NCBI GenBank assembly: GCA_017654855.1
Contig: CM030338.1
Location: 1,674,001 to 1,738,000, forward strand
DNA length: 64,000 nucleotides
Direction: 5' to 3'
Source: Podospora anserina
Taxonomy: Eukaryota
This document shows, piece after piece, positions 1 to 13,200 of the stretch (the first letter of the stretch is position 1; each line of letters opens with the position of its first letter). The translations under genes were made by a program, and so were the position numbers. Under the pieces are notes generated by a model. The model saw only the letters and a program-made list of their open reading frames with translations. It searched no databases and had not been told where the DNA came from.

Positions 1-3000
1 TGCTGCTTCTTTTTCTTGATCGGCTCATCAGTGCTGCCAGCGGCCTTGTCATCTTCATCCAAAGCATCGGCATTCCAGCTGAAGCCGCCGGTCTCGAGAC
101 CCTTGACGCCTTCTGTTTGGGCATCATCCATCTCGACGTTGCTGTCAGCGTCATCATCATCATCCTCATCGTCAGAGTCAGCATTGATAACGAGGGCGCC
201 GCCAGCACCAGCATCGCTCATGTCTTCATCCTCGCTGTCCAAGGCGGCACCAGCATCTTCATCGCTATCCACGTCCATCTCATCGTCGTCCTTAAAGTAC
301 GACGGCTTCAGGCCGAGGTTGATGCGCTTTGTCTTCTCCTCCACCTTGAGAACACGAGCCTTGACCTTGTCACCCTCACTGTAGAGCGCCTTGGCGTCCT
401 TGATCGCTCTGTCGGCCATTTCAGAGCGGTGGCACAAACCGGAGAGACGATCAGAACCATCAATGTCGATAAAAGCACCAAAGTCCTCCACCTTGCGGAC
501 CTTGCCCGTCACGATTTGACCTTCCTTCAGGTCCGAGAATGTGATTGGGGGCACATAGTCTTTGCTCAGGATGGAAGGCCTCAAGCTCATCTCCAGGCGA
601 CCGTTGCTTGCAGAAATGATACGGCCCTTGACAAGCTGGTCAATCTGGAAGTGCTCCTTCCAGTCCTTCAGGTAAGAGTCTGATAAGTTCTTGATCTGGA
701 CCATAGCCACAATGTCACCACCAAGCGTAACAAAGAGACCCTTGTCAGACACATTCTTGACGAACCCACGAAGGACATCGCCCACAGCGATCTTGGTGTC
801 CTTAGTGATCTCCTTGTCTGTAACCTCGAGTCTTGAGCTGAGCACGCGAGAGGGGCGCATCGACAATCTCAGTCTCTTGTTGCTCTTGTCGATATCGAGC
901 ACGGCGACACGGACAATTTCGTGCTTGGAATGCTTCAGAGGGTTGGCTTCCTCGTAATCATCCGCAAGATCGCACAAGAAAACAGGTCCAGCCACAGACT
1001 CGCTGAGCTTAACAAACACGACGTTGTCGGTAGTCTTGGTGACCTTTCCAGGAAGCACCATGCCCTTCTGGATCTTGTCCCAGGTCAACGGGTTCTCTGC
1101 ATTGGGATCGCGAGCCGAGAGGTCGAGACGGTTCCTCTCTGCGTCCACGTGGATGACACGGACTTGGAGGACAGAGCCGATAGGGAAACTCTTCGCCACA
1201 TCCTGCAATTTTGACAAGTCATCGGAAAGCTCAACGGCGCTGATTCTGCCGCGAACATTAGGTGACAGGTTGACCCAGATGTGATTCTGAGCGACATTGT
1301 TGACAAACGCCAGATGAGTTTGCCCCACCTCAAGCTTCGCGTAGCTCAGAGGCTCTGGGGTAGAGCCTTCTTGAAGATCACTTGGCTTGGCCGAGAGCTC
1401 CAGGACCGTGTGGCTTGAGCGGTGAGAAATGGGCAAGAAACGGTGGTTGCGAGCGTCATGAATACCAAGAACACGCACGTCGATGATATCGCCAGTCTTG
1501 AACTTGCCCAAAGGCTTCTTCACGCTGCGAATGTCCTCGAACTTGTCAAAGACCTGCGAAACATCGATACGGCCTTGGATGTTGTCGGCAAGGTCAACAT
1601 TGATCTGTGTATCCTTGGCAGACTTTACCCTCGCCTTAGTGATCTTGCCAATCGGGAGATCTTCCATAGTCAAGACCGACAGATCCAGGGCATTCATAGC
1701 CTTGTCGGCCGACTTGCTAGAGGCCTTTGCCTGAACGTCTTCACCACCCTCCGATGGGATAGCAACAACGATACGGTTAAGATCCTTGTCGACCGATGTG
1801 ATCTTGACAGTGACAGACTGCAGCTTTTGGAAGCCAAAGCTTGGCTTATCCTGGATATCGCGTGGCAGCTTGGTCTTGGGGAGCAGCGCTGTCAGCCTGC
1901 CAGCAAACTGGACGAAGGCGGCCGTGGCAGTGATGTTGCGAATGAAGCCAGGTACAACGTCACCCACACGTGCCCGGTCAATTGTGTGAAGAAGCTTGCC
2001 CTTCTTCGCCGCTTCGACAAGGCTTGGCTTGTGAGAGAGGATGATGGACCGACGAGCTTCGTTCTTTTCAAGAACAACCAGTTCCGTAAGAGTCTGATTG
2101 ACGTGGATCTTCTTGAGCGCAGACTGTGTTTTGCTGACCGACTTGTCGGTGAGGTGTCTGACAGGGAGGATGGCCTTCAACGAGCCCTCGACGAGCTCGA
2201 CAAAGATATCATCTTCTGTCTTTTGTGTGACCTTGGCGGTAACCAAGTTGCCAATTTGGAGCTTCTTCAGTGCAACCTGCTTCTCCAAACCAAAGGCTGA
2301 TGGGTCCTTGCAGGACACAATCATTCTCTTTTCCTCAGGGTCAAAGCTGAGGACGTAAACACTAATAGTCTGGCCCTCACGGAAATGCTCCTTGGGATCC
2401 TGGATGTAGGCCTCGCTCATCTCAGACACCGGAAGGAAACCACGAAGCTGTCCGTAAAACTGAACGATAGCACCCCGATCCAGAAGCTTAACAATGGTAC
2501 CGAACGTCTGAAGCCCGACGGCAAGCTCGTCGTATGACTTGACCGGAGGAGCATCGGAGTTCACCAGTGTCTTCTTCAAGGTAAGCCGCAGCTGATGTCT
2601 TGCTGGGTTGGTTGACAGGACACGGGTCTTGACCTTCATTCCTTCCCTGAATTTCTTCTCGGGGTGCTGCAGATGGACATCGGAAAGATGCATTTCAGGA
2701 ACCAGACCGGAAATACCCTCGGCAACCTTCACGATCAAACCGCCAAGCCCATGCTCGTTGACGACCAACTTTTCAACCACACCCGGCACCACCACTCCCA
2801 CGGGGATGTCTTGTATTCTCAAGAATGGCTGCTCCAAGACACTCTTCTCCATCGACAGGTTGTACATGCCATCGAAAGGATTGTAGCCAACTACACGAGC
2901 AGCGTGGACGGACCCAACCTTGTAAGGGCCGCTGGTCTCGAACAGCGAGTCCACCTTGCCATCCTTCACTCTGGAGATGTGCACGAAGCCTGGTACACCC

Positions 3001-4461
3001 TCGACACCAACATCGACATAGAGGCCAATTTCGGGCTCAACCCTTTGAACAGTGCACTTTTCAATGATGGTAGAATGGGCGAGAATGTCCACTGGCAATG
3101 ATTCGATGCCGTTCTTGGTTTTGGCGATTTTCGGTTTAAGTGACAGCACGTGTGGCAGCAGGGAAATGCCGAGTTTGGGCTTTCTTGCGGTGGGGAAATT
3201 GCAGATGATCCTCGCCTTGATCCGCGAGCCAACCTTGTACTCGTCCACAATGTCAACGGCACCAGGGCCAGCGTTTGAGTGAACCAGATCAGCAGTCACA
3301 TCCAAATGACCCATCACCTTGCCCACAAGGCCGTGCTCGGTGACTTCGGAAACCAGGATATCGGCCGCGGTGCCTGGTAGGAACGAGTCGATAGTCGTGG
3401 CCTCGGATGGGAAGCTTTTGATGCTGCCGATGCGGTCCTCCAAGGTGGAAAGCTGTACAACCTTGCCGCTGGCAGCTTTGCTGGTCGCAATACAAAGCAG
3501 AACTGAGCCAGGCTGAACACTTTCTTCCGGAATGCCCTTGTCGAGTTGTTTCCGAGGCAAAAAGCCCTTCAATTTTGAGTCTGAGATGTTGACATCCATA
3601 ACAAAACCATGATCCTCCACACTAACAACCGAAGCCATAAGAGTAGTGTTCTCGACGATATCCTGCTCTGACATGCCAGAGTTGGCGAGCGCCGGCTGGA
3701 GTGATAGCTCAATGTGGCGCTTGGGCTTTCCGTCGACCGAATCATCGTGTGTTGATACAACGTAGGCGCGAACATACTGGCCCATTCGGAAGATAGTTTG
3801 GAGGTCGATGTTCTCGTCGTCCTCGTCTGCTTGATCCTCCTCCTCGTCCTTCTCGGCGATTGCCTGTAACCTTTGTGTAAAGATATCTGAAATAGCCGTA
3901 ATTGGAACGTGGCCGACGAGGTTGTTGGGAAGCGCAACGGCAACATCGGTGAGGTTGATGCCGCAGACTGTACCGAGCACCAGGGAGCCCTTGACCAAGC
4001 GCTGGAAGTTGTTAGCAACGCCATCAATGGCAACCCCATGACGAAGTTCCTCTTCTTACCTTGAAGTTCAAGCTTTCTACCTTGATGGCATCCTCGTCTT
4101 TTACAGGTTCTACCTCTCCACCCTTGGACTTGCGTGCCTTCTTCTTCTTGGATTTCTCTCCTCCAGATTTCTTGCTGGCAGCCTCTTCGAAGAGGACATC
4201 GTTCTTGGCCTGGATCTGAATTTGCTTTTGTTCGAGGGGGGTCAAGACACTGGCGCCACCTCTGGGAAACAATGGCTCTTCCTCCTTGATCAGAGATGTT
4301 GCTGGGGTAGACGGCTTTGATGGTTTTGCGTCGCCCTTCTTGTTGGAGTCCTTGGTTGAATCGCTTCCTTTCGCCCTTTTGGAGGGTCGCGTATCATTTG
4401 TAGGCTTTGCCGACTTGGAGGCAGAGCCGTCGGGGCCCTCTTTGCGCTTTAACGAACCCAT
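1..4461 (-). CDS. RRP5: rRNA biogenesis protein Rrp5 (tandem S1 domains); 3' end lies beyond the window start
   Basis: ATG at 4461 (MGSLKRKEGPDG...LFPRGGASVLTPLEQKQI). Exon 1 is 4461-4060, intron 4059-4002 (GTAAGA..CAG), exon 2 runs from 4001 to the edge. The frame holds at spot checks and shows S1 motifs (RLVKGSLVLG, GVPGFVHISRVKDGKVD, KRINLGLKPSYF) and an acidic linker. It is absent from the ORF track because it is open at the edge. Confidence 0.95.
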
Positions 4462-4537
4462 GGCGGATAGTTGATGTTTGGGTCGTTGTAAGTGACGGGA
4501 GGCTCGTTCGCAACCACAAGAAGCTGGCACCCACCAC

Positions 4538-4545
4538 AAAAATTT
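4538..4545 (-). promoter_or_regulatory. RRPE-like element (AAATTTTT) about 80 bp upstream of RRP5
   Basis: Matches AAAWTTTT on the minus strand, just upstream of a ribosome-biogenesis gene. It is a short AT-rich motif and could be chance. Confidence 0.4.
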
Positions 4546-5567
4546 CTGGTGGGTCCTGCCCATTGGCGATAACGATAACAAAAGCGGTGAACGGCACCGG
4601 TGGGGCTTTGGAAGAGACCCTGGATCATCCCAGAGTTGACATGGAACGCTTCTGCTTCTGCCGAAGATGTTCAACCTGATAATCGGATGAACTACAGATG
4701 GCAATATGACCTACCAAATGACTAATTTTCTAGCCAAACACTCCATCTTCTGTCCAAATTAGCATTGTTCTCTTTTCTTACATTGGTATTTCTCATGCAA
4801 GATGTCATGGTCAAACCAGGGTTAGGGTAGAGTACAGCAACGCCCCATCACTCACCTCTTCGTTACTTGCCCACCACATGCTCCTCCCCACGTTCACTTG
4901 ACGCCTGAAACCTTGAAGCCCAAAGATATGGAAAAACTGAACTTCATGGCTGTTGTTGGAGAATTGGACGAGCTGGTTGTTGGTTGCTAACTTCAAGTAG
5001 AGTAGTGTATATGTAAAGATACGTGGCCCAAGCTTTCGACGTTGCAGTTCCAGGGACCAGCCGCTGATACAGTCTTGTCAATGGTGTTTGATTTGGAGTC
5101 TTTGGAGGGGGATCATCCTGTCAGGCAATATGGGTGTTAGTGACAGCTTTCACGACGGTGAGCTATGACTGTCTACGGACAATTATTTAGACCGACAGCT
5201 GGAGTTGACCGACTGTTTATCCGAGCGAAGAGTGTCTCACATGGAATTTAAACTTTCGGTGTCCAAAGCCAAGTCTCGCAAATGCATGGCCTGTAAAATG
5301 ATCCCGTGCGCCCAGAAGCGGCTTTCGGTAGTGCCCCCAACCACTGGGATGACGTATCCGGGGGTCGTTCCTCGGCCACCCACTCAACAAGTCGCGCCGT
5401 CACCCAAACGCAACCTGAACACATGGCCCAAGGCAACGACAACTGAGAACAAAAAGACGACAAGACAGCCCCCCATCGCCTCAAACCCATACTCCATACG
5501 ACACTCGAACTCAAGCGACTACACCCTGGACTGGTAGGACACTCGCGAGAACCCCATCAGAGCCGCC

Positions 5568-8387
5568 ATGGCTCCCAGGAAACGAGCAAAGCCGAACCCG
5601 GTCCAGCAGAGTGCGCCAACAACGCAGTCATCAGACACTGCGGATCAAATCACATCGCCGGCCGCCTCTACACCCCCACAGAGCATTCCGCCATCTCTGA
5701 AAACCCATGGAAGTGGCGATCGCGCATCCAGCTCTGGCCCAGGCTCGAAGCAGGTAAGCACCATTATCCCATGCGCGCCATCCTCAAGCAGCCCCTTTAG
5801 GCAACTCTTATCGATTGACACGTAGCAGGTGAACAAGACTCGTAGTTGGTATGGGTCTTTATCGAAGAAGTCTGCAGCATCCACCCAAGTTGCGCGCGAG
5901 ACCATCTTGGGTGGAACCTCGAAACCTATGGCTACCGCCGACTTTACTCGGTTTGATACAAAGAAGCCTTCTGATATGAGTGGCGACGAAGCACCGACCC
6001 CTGCTCCTTCTTCACTATCGAAATCACACGATTCTGGCGTTGGATTCGCGAGCGATGGAACCCGAGGCCTGAAAACACCGAGCTCCAAGACCGTTGTGAA
6101 GCCTGCAAACGGACAGGCAGAGGCCAAGACTACGGCTAAGTCGGAGGACGTGGTCATGGAAACCGAAGACAATGGGAAAGAACAAGAAGAGACACCACCT
6201 GCCAAATCAGCTACGGATCAGAGTACAGGTCCTACGGTACCCACTGCGTCTGCAGCTACAACTACGCGACCTACATCAACATGGCTAGGAGGGTGGTGGG
6301 GAAGCTCACAGCCTCCAGCTCCAGCATCAGCACCGGCCTCGCAAATGGACGTCGCGGAGGAACCAGCCACACAAGCAACACTTGCTGGTAGCCAGGTCCC
6401 AGAGAACGCAACACAAGAGCCCGCCCCTCGAGACCCGCCAGAACAACAGTCGCCGGACATAGCCGAGCAAACCGAGGCACAGAACCAAGCACATGCCGCT
6501 ACTGGTGGAGGTTATGGATCTTGGATCTGGGGTTGGGGAGCGGGAAAGAGCGTACCAACTTCACAGCCAGCAAAAACTGCTTCAGATTCTACAACAGACC
6601 AATCTACAGCGGAAGTGCCCAAAACAGACAGCACCAGCGACTCAGCGAAGGAGCCCGAAGACACCATCATGCAGGGTGCCCCACCAATCGAGGAGACTCC
6701 GGCGCCCTCAGGTTCTACAACATCAGACCCAGCCCCAAAAACAGGCTCAACATGGGCATTCTGGTCTCGACAATCAGGGCCTACATCGGGAAAGAAGTCA
6801 GCCGAGGATTCCGACGAAGGTCAGCTTGCGGTGATGGGGGAAAGCTCGGAACACCGCCCAAAGAGAGCCAAGTCCATGGAGTTCAAAGGCTCTCCACCCA
6901 AGGAAACCCCTATCAAGTCTGGTAAAAAGGAGGAACCAGCCAAGGATCTGTCGATCAAGTCTGACAAAACTGGGAAGAAGGAAGAGTTGGCCAAAGCTTC
7001 AGCCAGTCCGCCAGGCAAGGCAGCTTCCATCAGGAGATCCAAGAGGGACCGTCCAGAATCGATGGAAATCGATGACACGACCCCCATTCGTCCTGGTACC
7101 CCCAAGGCAGTGGAAGCTCCGGCCAAGGGAGCTGCGCAGAAAACACCAGCCTCATCAACAAAAACTACCGCACCCAACCTTGTGCTTCCGTCTTTTAATG
7201 GAACCTACAAACTCAAAGAAAACCCCTCGATCGTCAAGCAAATCACCCGTATTCTTCTTCGAGGAAGCCAAGCTCCTTCAAACAAGCACGTCTACATTTC
7301 CAAAGACCTCCCCAAAATAAAGAAAGCGATTGCCATCGGCGTTCACGGGCTCTTCCCCGCGAACTATCTCAGGACAGTTATCGGCCAGCCAACAGGCACA
7401 TCGATCAAGTTTGCCAACCACACCGCCGACGCCATTAAACGCTGGGCAGATAAACACGGCTGTGGAGACTGCGAAATCGAAAAAGTAGCCTTGGAAGGTG
7501 AAGGCAAGATTGGGGAAAGAGTAGAGAACCTCTGGAACTTGCTCCTCAACTGGATCGACCAGATCAGATCGGCTGAATTGATCCTCATCGGGTGTCACTC
7601 TCAAGGTGTGCCAGTGAGTATCATGCTCCTGGCCAAGCTAATCGAAATGGGCGTGGTCAACAAGGCCAGGGTCGGTGTCTGTGCCATGGCGGGGGTTTCT
7701 TTGGGACCGTTCCCCGATTACAGGACTAGTATGGGGTATTTGATGGGCTCGGCGGGGGAGCTGTGGGCGTTTGGGGACCCAAGAAGCGAGGTCAGCCAGC
7801 GGTTGGAGGCAGCAATGAAGGTTTGCTTGGGGTACGGGGTGAGGATCACGCTGGTGGGGAGCATTGACGATCAGCTTGTGCCGATGGAGTCGGCTGTTTA
7901 CGCACCGGTGCACCACCCTTACATTTTCCGAGCGGCGTTTATCGACGGGAGGATCCACGCACCGGATTTTATTGCTCATTTGGTTGGCTTTGCGCTGAAG
8001 CTGAGAAACTTGGGGGTTTCGGACCATGGGCTGATTAGGGAGCTGAGCACGCCGCTGGCGGGGAGTTTGTACTCTGGGGAGGGCCACTCGAGGCTGTATG
8101 ATGACGAGCAGGTTTATGATCTTGCCGTGAGCCATGCGCTGGAGACGACGGATGTGCCGGGAGCGAATCCGGCTGCTGAGATGAGTAGAATGGGGGGCGC
8201 GCTGGTGAATCCGAATCCGTATCATTTGCCTTGGATCATGAGGGGGTTGCTGGAGGAGGATTTTGTGAAGAGTGAGTTGGGGGAGGAGACGAGGGAGTTG
8301 GTGAGGCAGTTTGATGATTGGAAGCCGGTGACCAAGGCGCTGAAGGATGTGAAGTATCGGTTGGAGGCGGTGAGGTCCAAGTTATAG
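5568..8387 (+). CDS. YML020W-like protein: long disordered N-terminus plus C-terminal alpha/beta-hydrolase-like domain, ending in -SKL
   Basis: Exon 1 is 5568-5753, intron from 5754 (GTAAGC) to the tandem acceptor TAGCAG (5823-5828), exon 2 to TAG at 8387. Motifs: AIAIGVHGLFP, IGQPTGTS, GCHSQG, GSIDDQLVP, GEGHSRLYDD. Confidence 0.85.
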
Positions 8388-10217
8388 GAGGATGGCGTTT
8401 TTGGGTTGGGTTATTTGCATGGGCGGTAGGTGTTTTTGGTTTGGGGAAGGTGGTAGGCGTTGCTTTTGGGTTGGGTTTGGTGGTTTTTGGGTGTAACAGC
8501 AAGGAGTGGTTGGGGAGTTTTGCTTCATGGCGAGGGGTTGGTCGAAGTGTTCAACAAGAGACGACTTTGGGAACAGATGAGACGGAGAGGGGAGCGTTGG
8601 GTTTGGGGCATTTAGAGGCGTGTTTGGTAGACAGGACAGGCATGGCTAGCATATTTGGGGGCATATACACAGAGGAAGAGGTGTTACTATGAATGAATAT
8701 ATAATCTAACATTACAGTCGACTTGGCCATTGTTGACCTAGGTCGCTGGGGTTAAACTGAGAGGAGTTCGAGACCACTTCCTTGGCCACCACACAGGAGA
8801 ATCTTCGAATCTTGTTGGCAATTTGCTTGTGGATTGGTGGTGCTTTGTAGGCATGTGCCATAACTCCTCGTGCCTTCCTTAACTTACTCTTCGCTCCTTC
8901 CCTTGCAGAATCCGCTCCTTCCATCGTTCCTCCCTCAATCCCCGCTTGTCCTTTCCGTCATTTCCCCCCACCCCTTTCCCTGCCTTTTCAACTCGAGCTC
9001 TCTCTGATGTTAACCTCCACGGCATCACTCCTCAATCTAGTTCGTAGAAGAGATGGGAGTTGCTAGAGGAGGATATGTACCTACCCATCATTAAACAGAC
9101 CACGACTTTGTAATAAATAGTGAGCAGCGAAAATACTCCCAAAAAAAGGATGAAAAAAAGGAAGGAAAAAGGCCAAAAAGTGACAAAAAAATGACGACCT
9201 ATTATGGACTCGAACCTTGGGCATCCGGAAAACGTTGCAGGTTGATTCTCTCGTAACGTGGGAACCACAGGTCAACTGCGAGAGACACTCAAGGCCACTA
9301 GGTTATCTGGTTGGAGCCCCTTTATGACTGCTGCTCCCAGACTGACCCTTATGGTGAGTGGCATACGCATCACTGTGTGACTAGAGAAGCGGCTTTGGGA
9401 CACAACCGTCTGAACGCAAATCAGGGTTACTAGAAATTCTCACCCAGTTAAGCAACCATGAGCAACAGTATGTATATCTCACCAGCCCAGGAAAGCACAT
9501 CAACTCCCTCTCGTATTTCATAACAGGGCAGCAGAGAAAAACATTTGCTACATCTCCTAATAACCTCTTAGATTTCAACATACGGGCATGGGGTGATTGA
9601 TATCAATGATGATGTGTAGAGGCCAGCCCATTCATTTCATTCTTTCTCTCTGCTTCTCCTCCTCAATCCCCGGCTATATACCCAGCCCCTCCTCCCCTCC
9701 ACCACCTCCCCCAATCATCAACAACTAATCCATCCATCCCAGCCCCCCATCCGCTATATCACAAAAGAACTTTTTTCCACCTCTCTTCCCTCTTCCCTCT
9801 TCCATCCCTTGCCCCCCTCAACAACAGAGAGAAATACAAATGTGTTTTCAACAAAACTAAAAACAACGGGTGTGGCAGAATTTCCCCTCCTCACAGCAAG
9901 AAATGGGTGGTATCATGAATAAGACTATGAGAAAACATCAAACAAGTAGAGTAGTACACAAAAGGGTTTCCCAAAAAACATTGATTGGGAAATAATGGGG
10001 GGTAGGTGAAAAAACGTGACGGGGATCTAAACATCGTAATGGTTGTGCTGTGGCGAAAAAAAAGAAAAAGGAAAATAAAAGGTGTATCCGTAGGGGAGAG
10101 TTATATAATAGCAAGTTATAGTGTGTGAAACCGGGAGTCCAAAGGCCCCAGGGGTGAAGTGTACGCAAGGACCAGGTGTGCGGACAGGATGTTGTGTGGC
10201 GATGGTAGATGGTGACC

Positions 10218-13200
10218 CTAGCGCGAGTGGCTCTGGTAGGCTTCGGTGAGAACTGATCGCAATGTTAGTAAATATCAGAAATGCCGTGTTAATCATGGAA
10301 CTCACTATGCAGGATATTCATCTGGCCAGCCCGATCCTCGCAGGCAACTTGGAGACCACTGCCCTCGACAAAGTCAAGCACAACGCTGTTGGGAAGCTCC
10401 TGCAACTCAACATCGGGGGTATAAGGAGGCTTGAAGTCGGTGATGTGATACCGCCTGAGAAGACCCGCCGCCTTGTTCTTGGTGGGCAGCATGGCAGTGC
10501 CAGAAACAGCACTGAGAATCAAGAAGCCTTGGCTGTCGAGGCAAATGCTCCGGCGCTTCCACAAAAGATTGTCGGGGAACTGAACATTGACATCTCCCAT
10601 GAAGGCAACAATGCTTGGCTGAGCTGGCGAGGCGGAAGGAGTAGCCGTGGTGGCCCTGGAGGCAGCAGCAACCTCGGCGGCATTCTCCTCCGTGACAGTT
10701 GGGGAGATGGACGGGGGACCGGCCTTTCTGCTGTTGGGAACAAGAGTGTTGGAAAGGCGACGCATGAAACGGGACGTCCGGCTGCTCTTGCCCGGGTTGG
10801 GGCTAGCAGGGCTCTTCTTGATGCTCTCGGCATCAGAGTCAATCGAGACTTCAGTCGTACGGACAGGGGAGAGCACGCCGTTCTGATCAATTGAAGAACG
10901 ACGGCTGCCAATGCTCAGCCGACGCGCAAAGCCACCAGAAGGCGCAGTGTTCTGATGGCTTGAAGGAGGACGGGGTGAGGATCTCGAGCCAGGGCTCATG
11001 GCTTGCCCAGGAGAGGGGGCAAGGTTGTCGGTAGAGGGGGACTTAGCACCCTTGATGAAGTCTTTGACCACGTTCAGCGAGGAGCGTCTCCCAGCACGGG
11101 GCACGCCTTGGCCGTCATCTGCAACTGACTCACGATCGTTAGCCGCCGACTGGCTGCCCTTTGAGAGACGACGCTGCAGCAGGGATTGTTTCCTTTCAAT
11201 CTGGGGTCCATGGTCCAGAGACATCCGGCCTGACAGAGCGCTGAGAGGCCTCGACTGAACCTCCAACGAAACCCGCTTCTGAAGGTCAACCATCAGCGGT
11301 GAATGCTGAAGATCGTGTGTGTTGTACTCTGCTGGGTCAAGCTTCTGCTCTGACAGCCTGGTCGGATCTCGCACGATGCGGGCAGTGACCTGAACCGATT
11401 CCGGCTTGCCCCGTGGGGGGTTCCCACCTTCAAACATGGAGAGACGATTGACCACCGACCCGGACCTATCGCGCCTGATGATCGAAGCACCATCGGGTGA
11501 TGACTCCACGGATCCCGGGGGGGAAGGTGTCGGTCTTCCACTCAACGAAGCCGTCCTATCGACCAAGGAAGGTGTCCGTGATGGAATTTTGCCATCTTTT
11601 CGAACAGCGAAGAAAGCGGACGATGGACGCTCCTTGGCCACCACCGTTTCCACAGGGGCCCCTGCTTTCCCTGAAAGCTGCTGTAGTGCTTTGATGCGCT
11701 CAGAGATACTCGAACCAATTTTGCCTGTCTTGGGCAGCACATCTGCCGCGGGCCGCGGAGCCTTTTGCAGATAGGCACTGGACGAGACAGATCGGGCAGA
11801 GCCTGGAACGGCCTCGTTGGGAGACAGCATGGAGCTTCGAACGGGGTTCGAGACTGTCCTCGAAAACCTCGACACGGCATCCAAACCTCCGACGGTGTTT
11901 CTCTTAAAATTCGCATCGTTGGGGAAGAATGGCGTGATGGGTGACTTGGAGACGGTAATGGGTGTGGCTTGTTGGACCGTGGCAGACTGCAGCTCATCGA
12001 TAAAACCATCGTTGTCGAACATGCTGATCACCGATTGCCGCTTGTCCGCTCCAGGCGCATCCAACCCCGTCTTGATGGGCTCAGGGGCAGGTTTTGGTCT
12101 GGTGGCTTCTTCCGTTTCTGCGATTTGAGTATCCGCAACAGCCGGAACCGATTGCGTTTCTCGCGCTCTTACGTCGGTGATATCTGACCCTATGTTGGAT
12201 GGCTGTCCAACAGTAGCTGTGTCAATCTGGCTCTCCACGTTGGCGATAGGTTTGGCGTCTTGAGTGGAGAACTTGGAGAGCGGAAGTCGCGCTGGAGATG
12301 TTTCTTCCTCGTTTTCGACCGCTGGTGCAGTCTCGGGATCAGTTGCTGAGGGCTCTTCCTTGACGGTTTCTGCAGAACCGGGACTACCTGCGTCTTCGTT
12401 GGAGACTCCGGCTGGGAAAGCCGCAACTGAGAACCGGGATACCGGTAAAGTCTGAACTGGAGGTTCCTGTGTCACCGTAGTGTTGGCGGATGCGGGCGCT
12501 CCGGCAGCACTGTCATCTTTCAGAACGGCCGATGCGTCTTCCATGGGTGCAATGATGCTTGTTGCCTGACCATCCAGAGATAGAGCGTCCGGTTTGTGAC
12601 TGTTGGTCTCGGTTTGCTGGATCTCCTTTTCAATGGGAGTTTCCTTGCCCTGGTCCTTACCGAGAATGGTTTCGTCTGTAGAATCCGAGAGAGACGAAGC
12701 CTGGGTTGAATCACCGATATCAGAAGAGGCCAGGGGCGATGGAGGGTGCGAGTCTGTCTGAGCATCGACAGAGCCCAAATCAGTCACGATTTCAATCTCA
12801 ATGCCTGAATCGGCTTTGTCGATAATGGCAGCTTCCTCTCCCGCAGCTTCAGGTGAAGCGCTTTCCATTGTCACCTCCTGTGGAGTTTCGAGGTGGTTGT
12901 CGTCTGCCAGACCTGGAGTGGTGGGTGCCGGAGAAACATCGCCTGCAGACAGGCCTTCCGCGGATTGCGAGTTCATCATCTTTTTCTTTTCTCTCAGCTT
13001 CATAGCCTTCAAAAGCCGTGCTTTTTCGGGTGAGATCGTGTTCGGCTTGCTTGGTGGCGGGGCAAGTGTGGCCGTAGGCACTGGTGCTGGGGCGGAGGCC
13101 GGGATGTCGCTACTGGTCAAAAATCGAGCAGGATCGTCTTCGACAGGCTTGGTTGGCGCCAGATCTGGAAACGGATTCTCCGGCTCCTCCTTGATCGGCG

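Noticed and set aside
16..4039. Many ORFs over the first 4 kb, such as 1422-2300
   Set aside because: They are antisense or off-frame shadows of RRP5, whose true frame is missing from the track because it is open at the edge.
9606..9612. ATGATGA, resembling a snoRNA C box
   Set aside because: No D box (CTGA) or terminal stem at a suitable distance.
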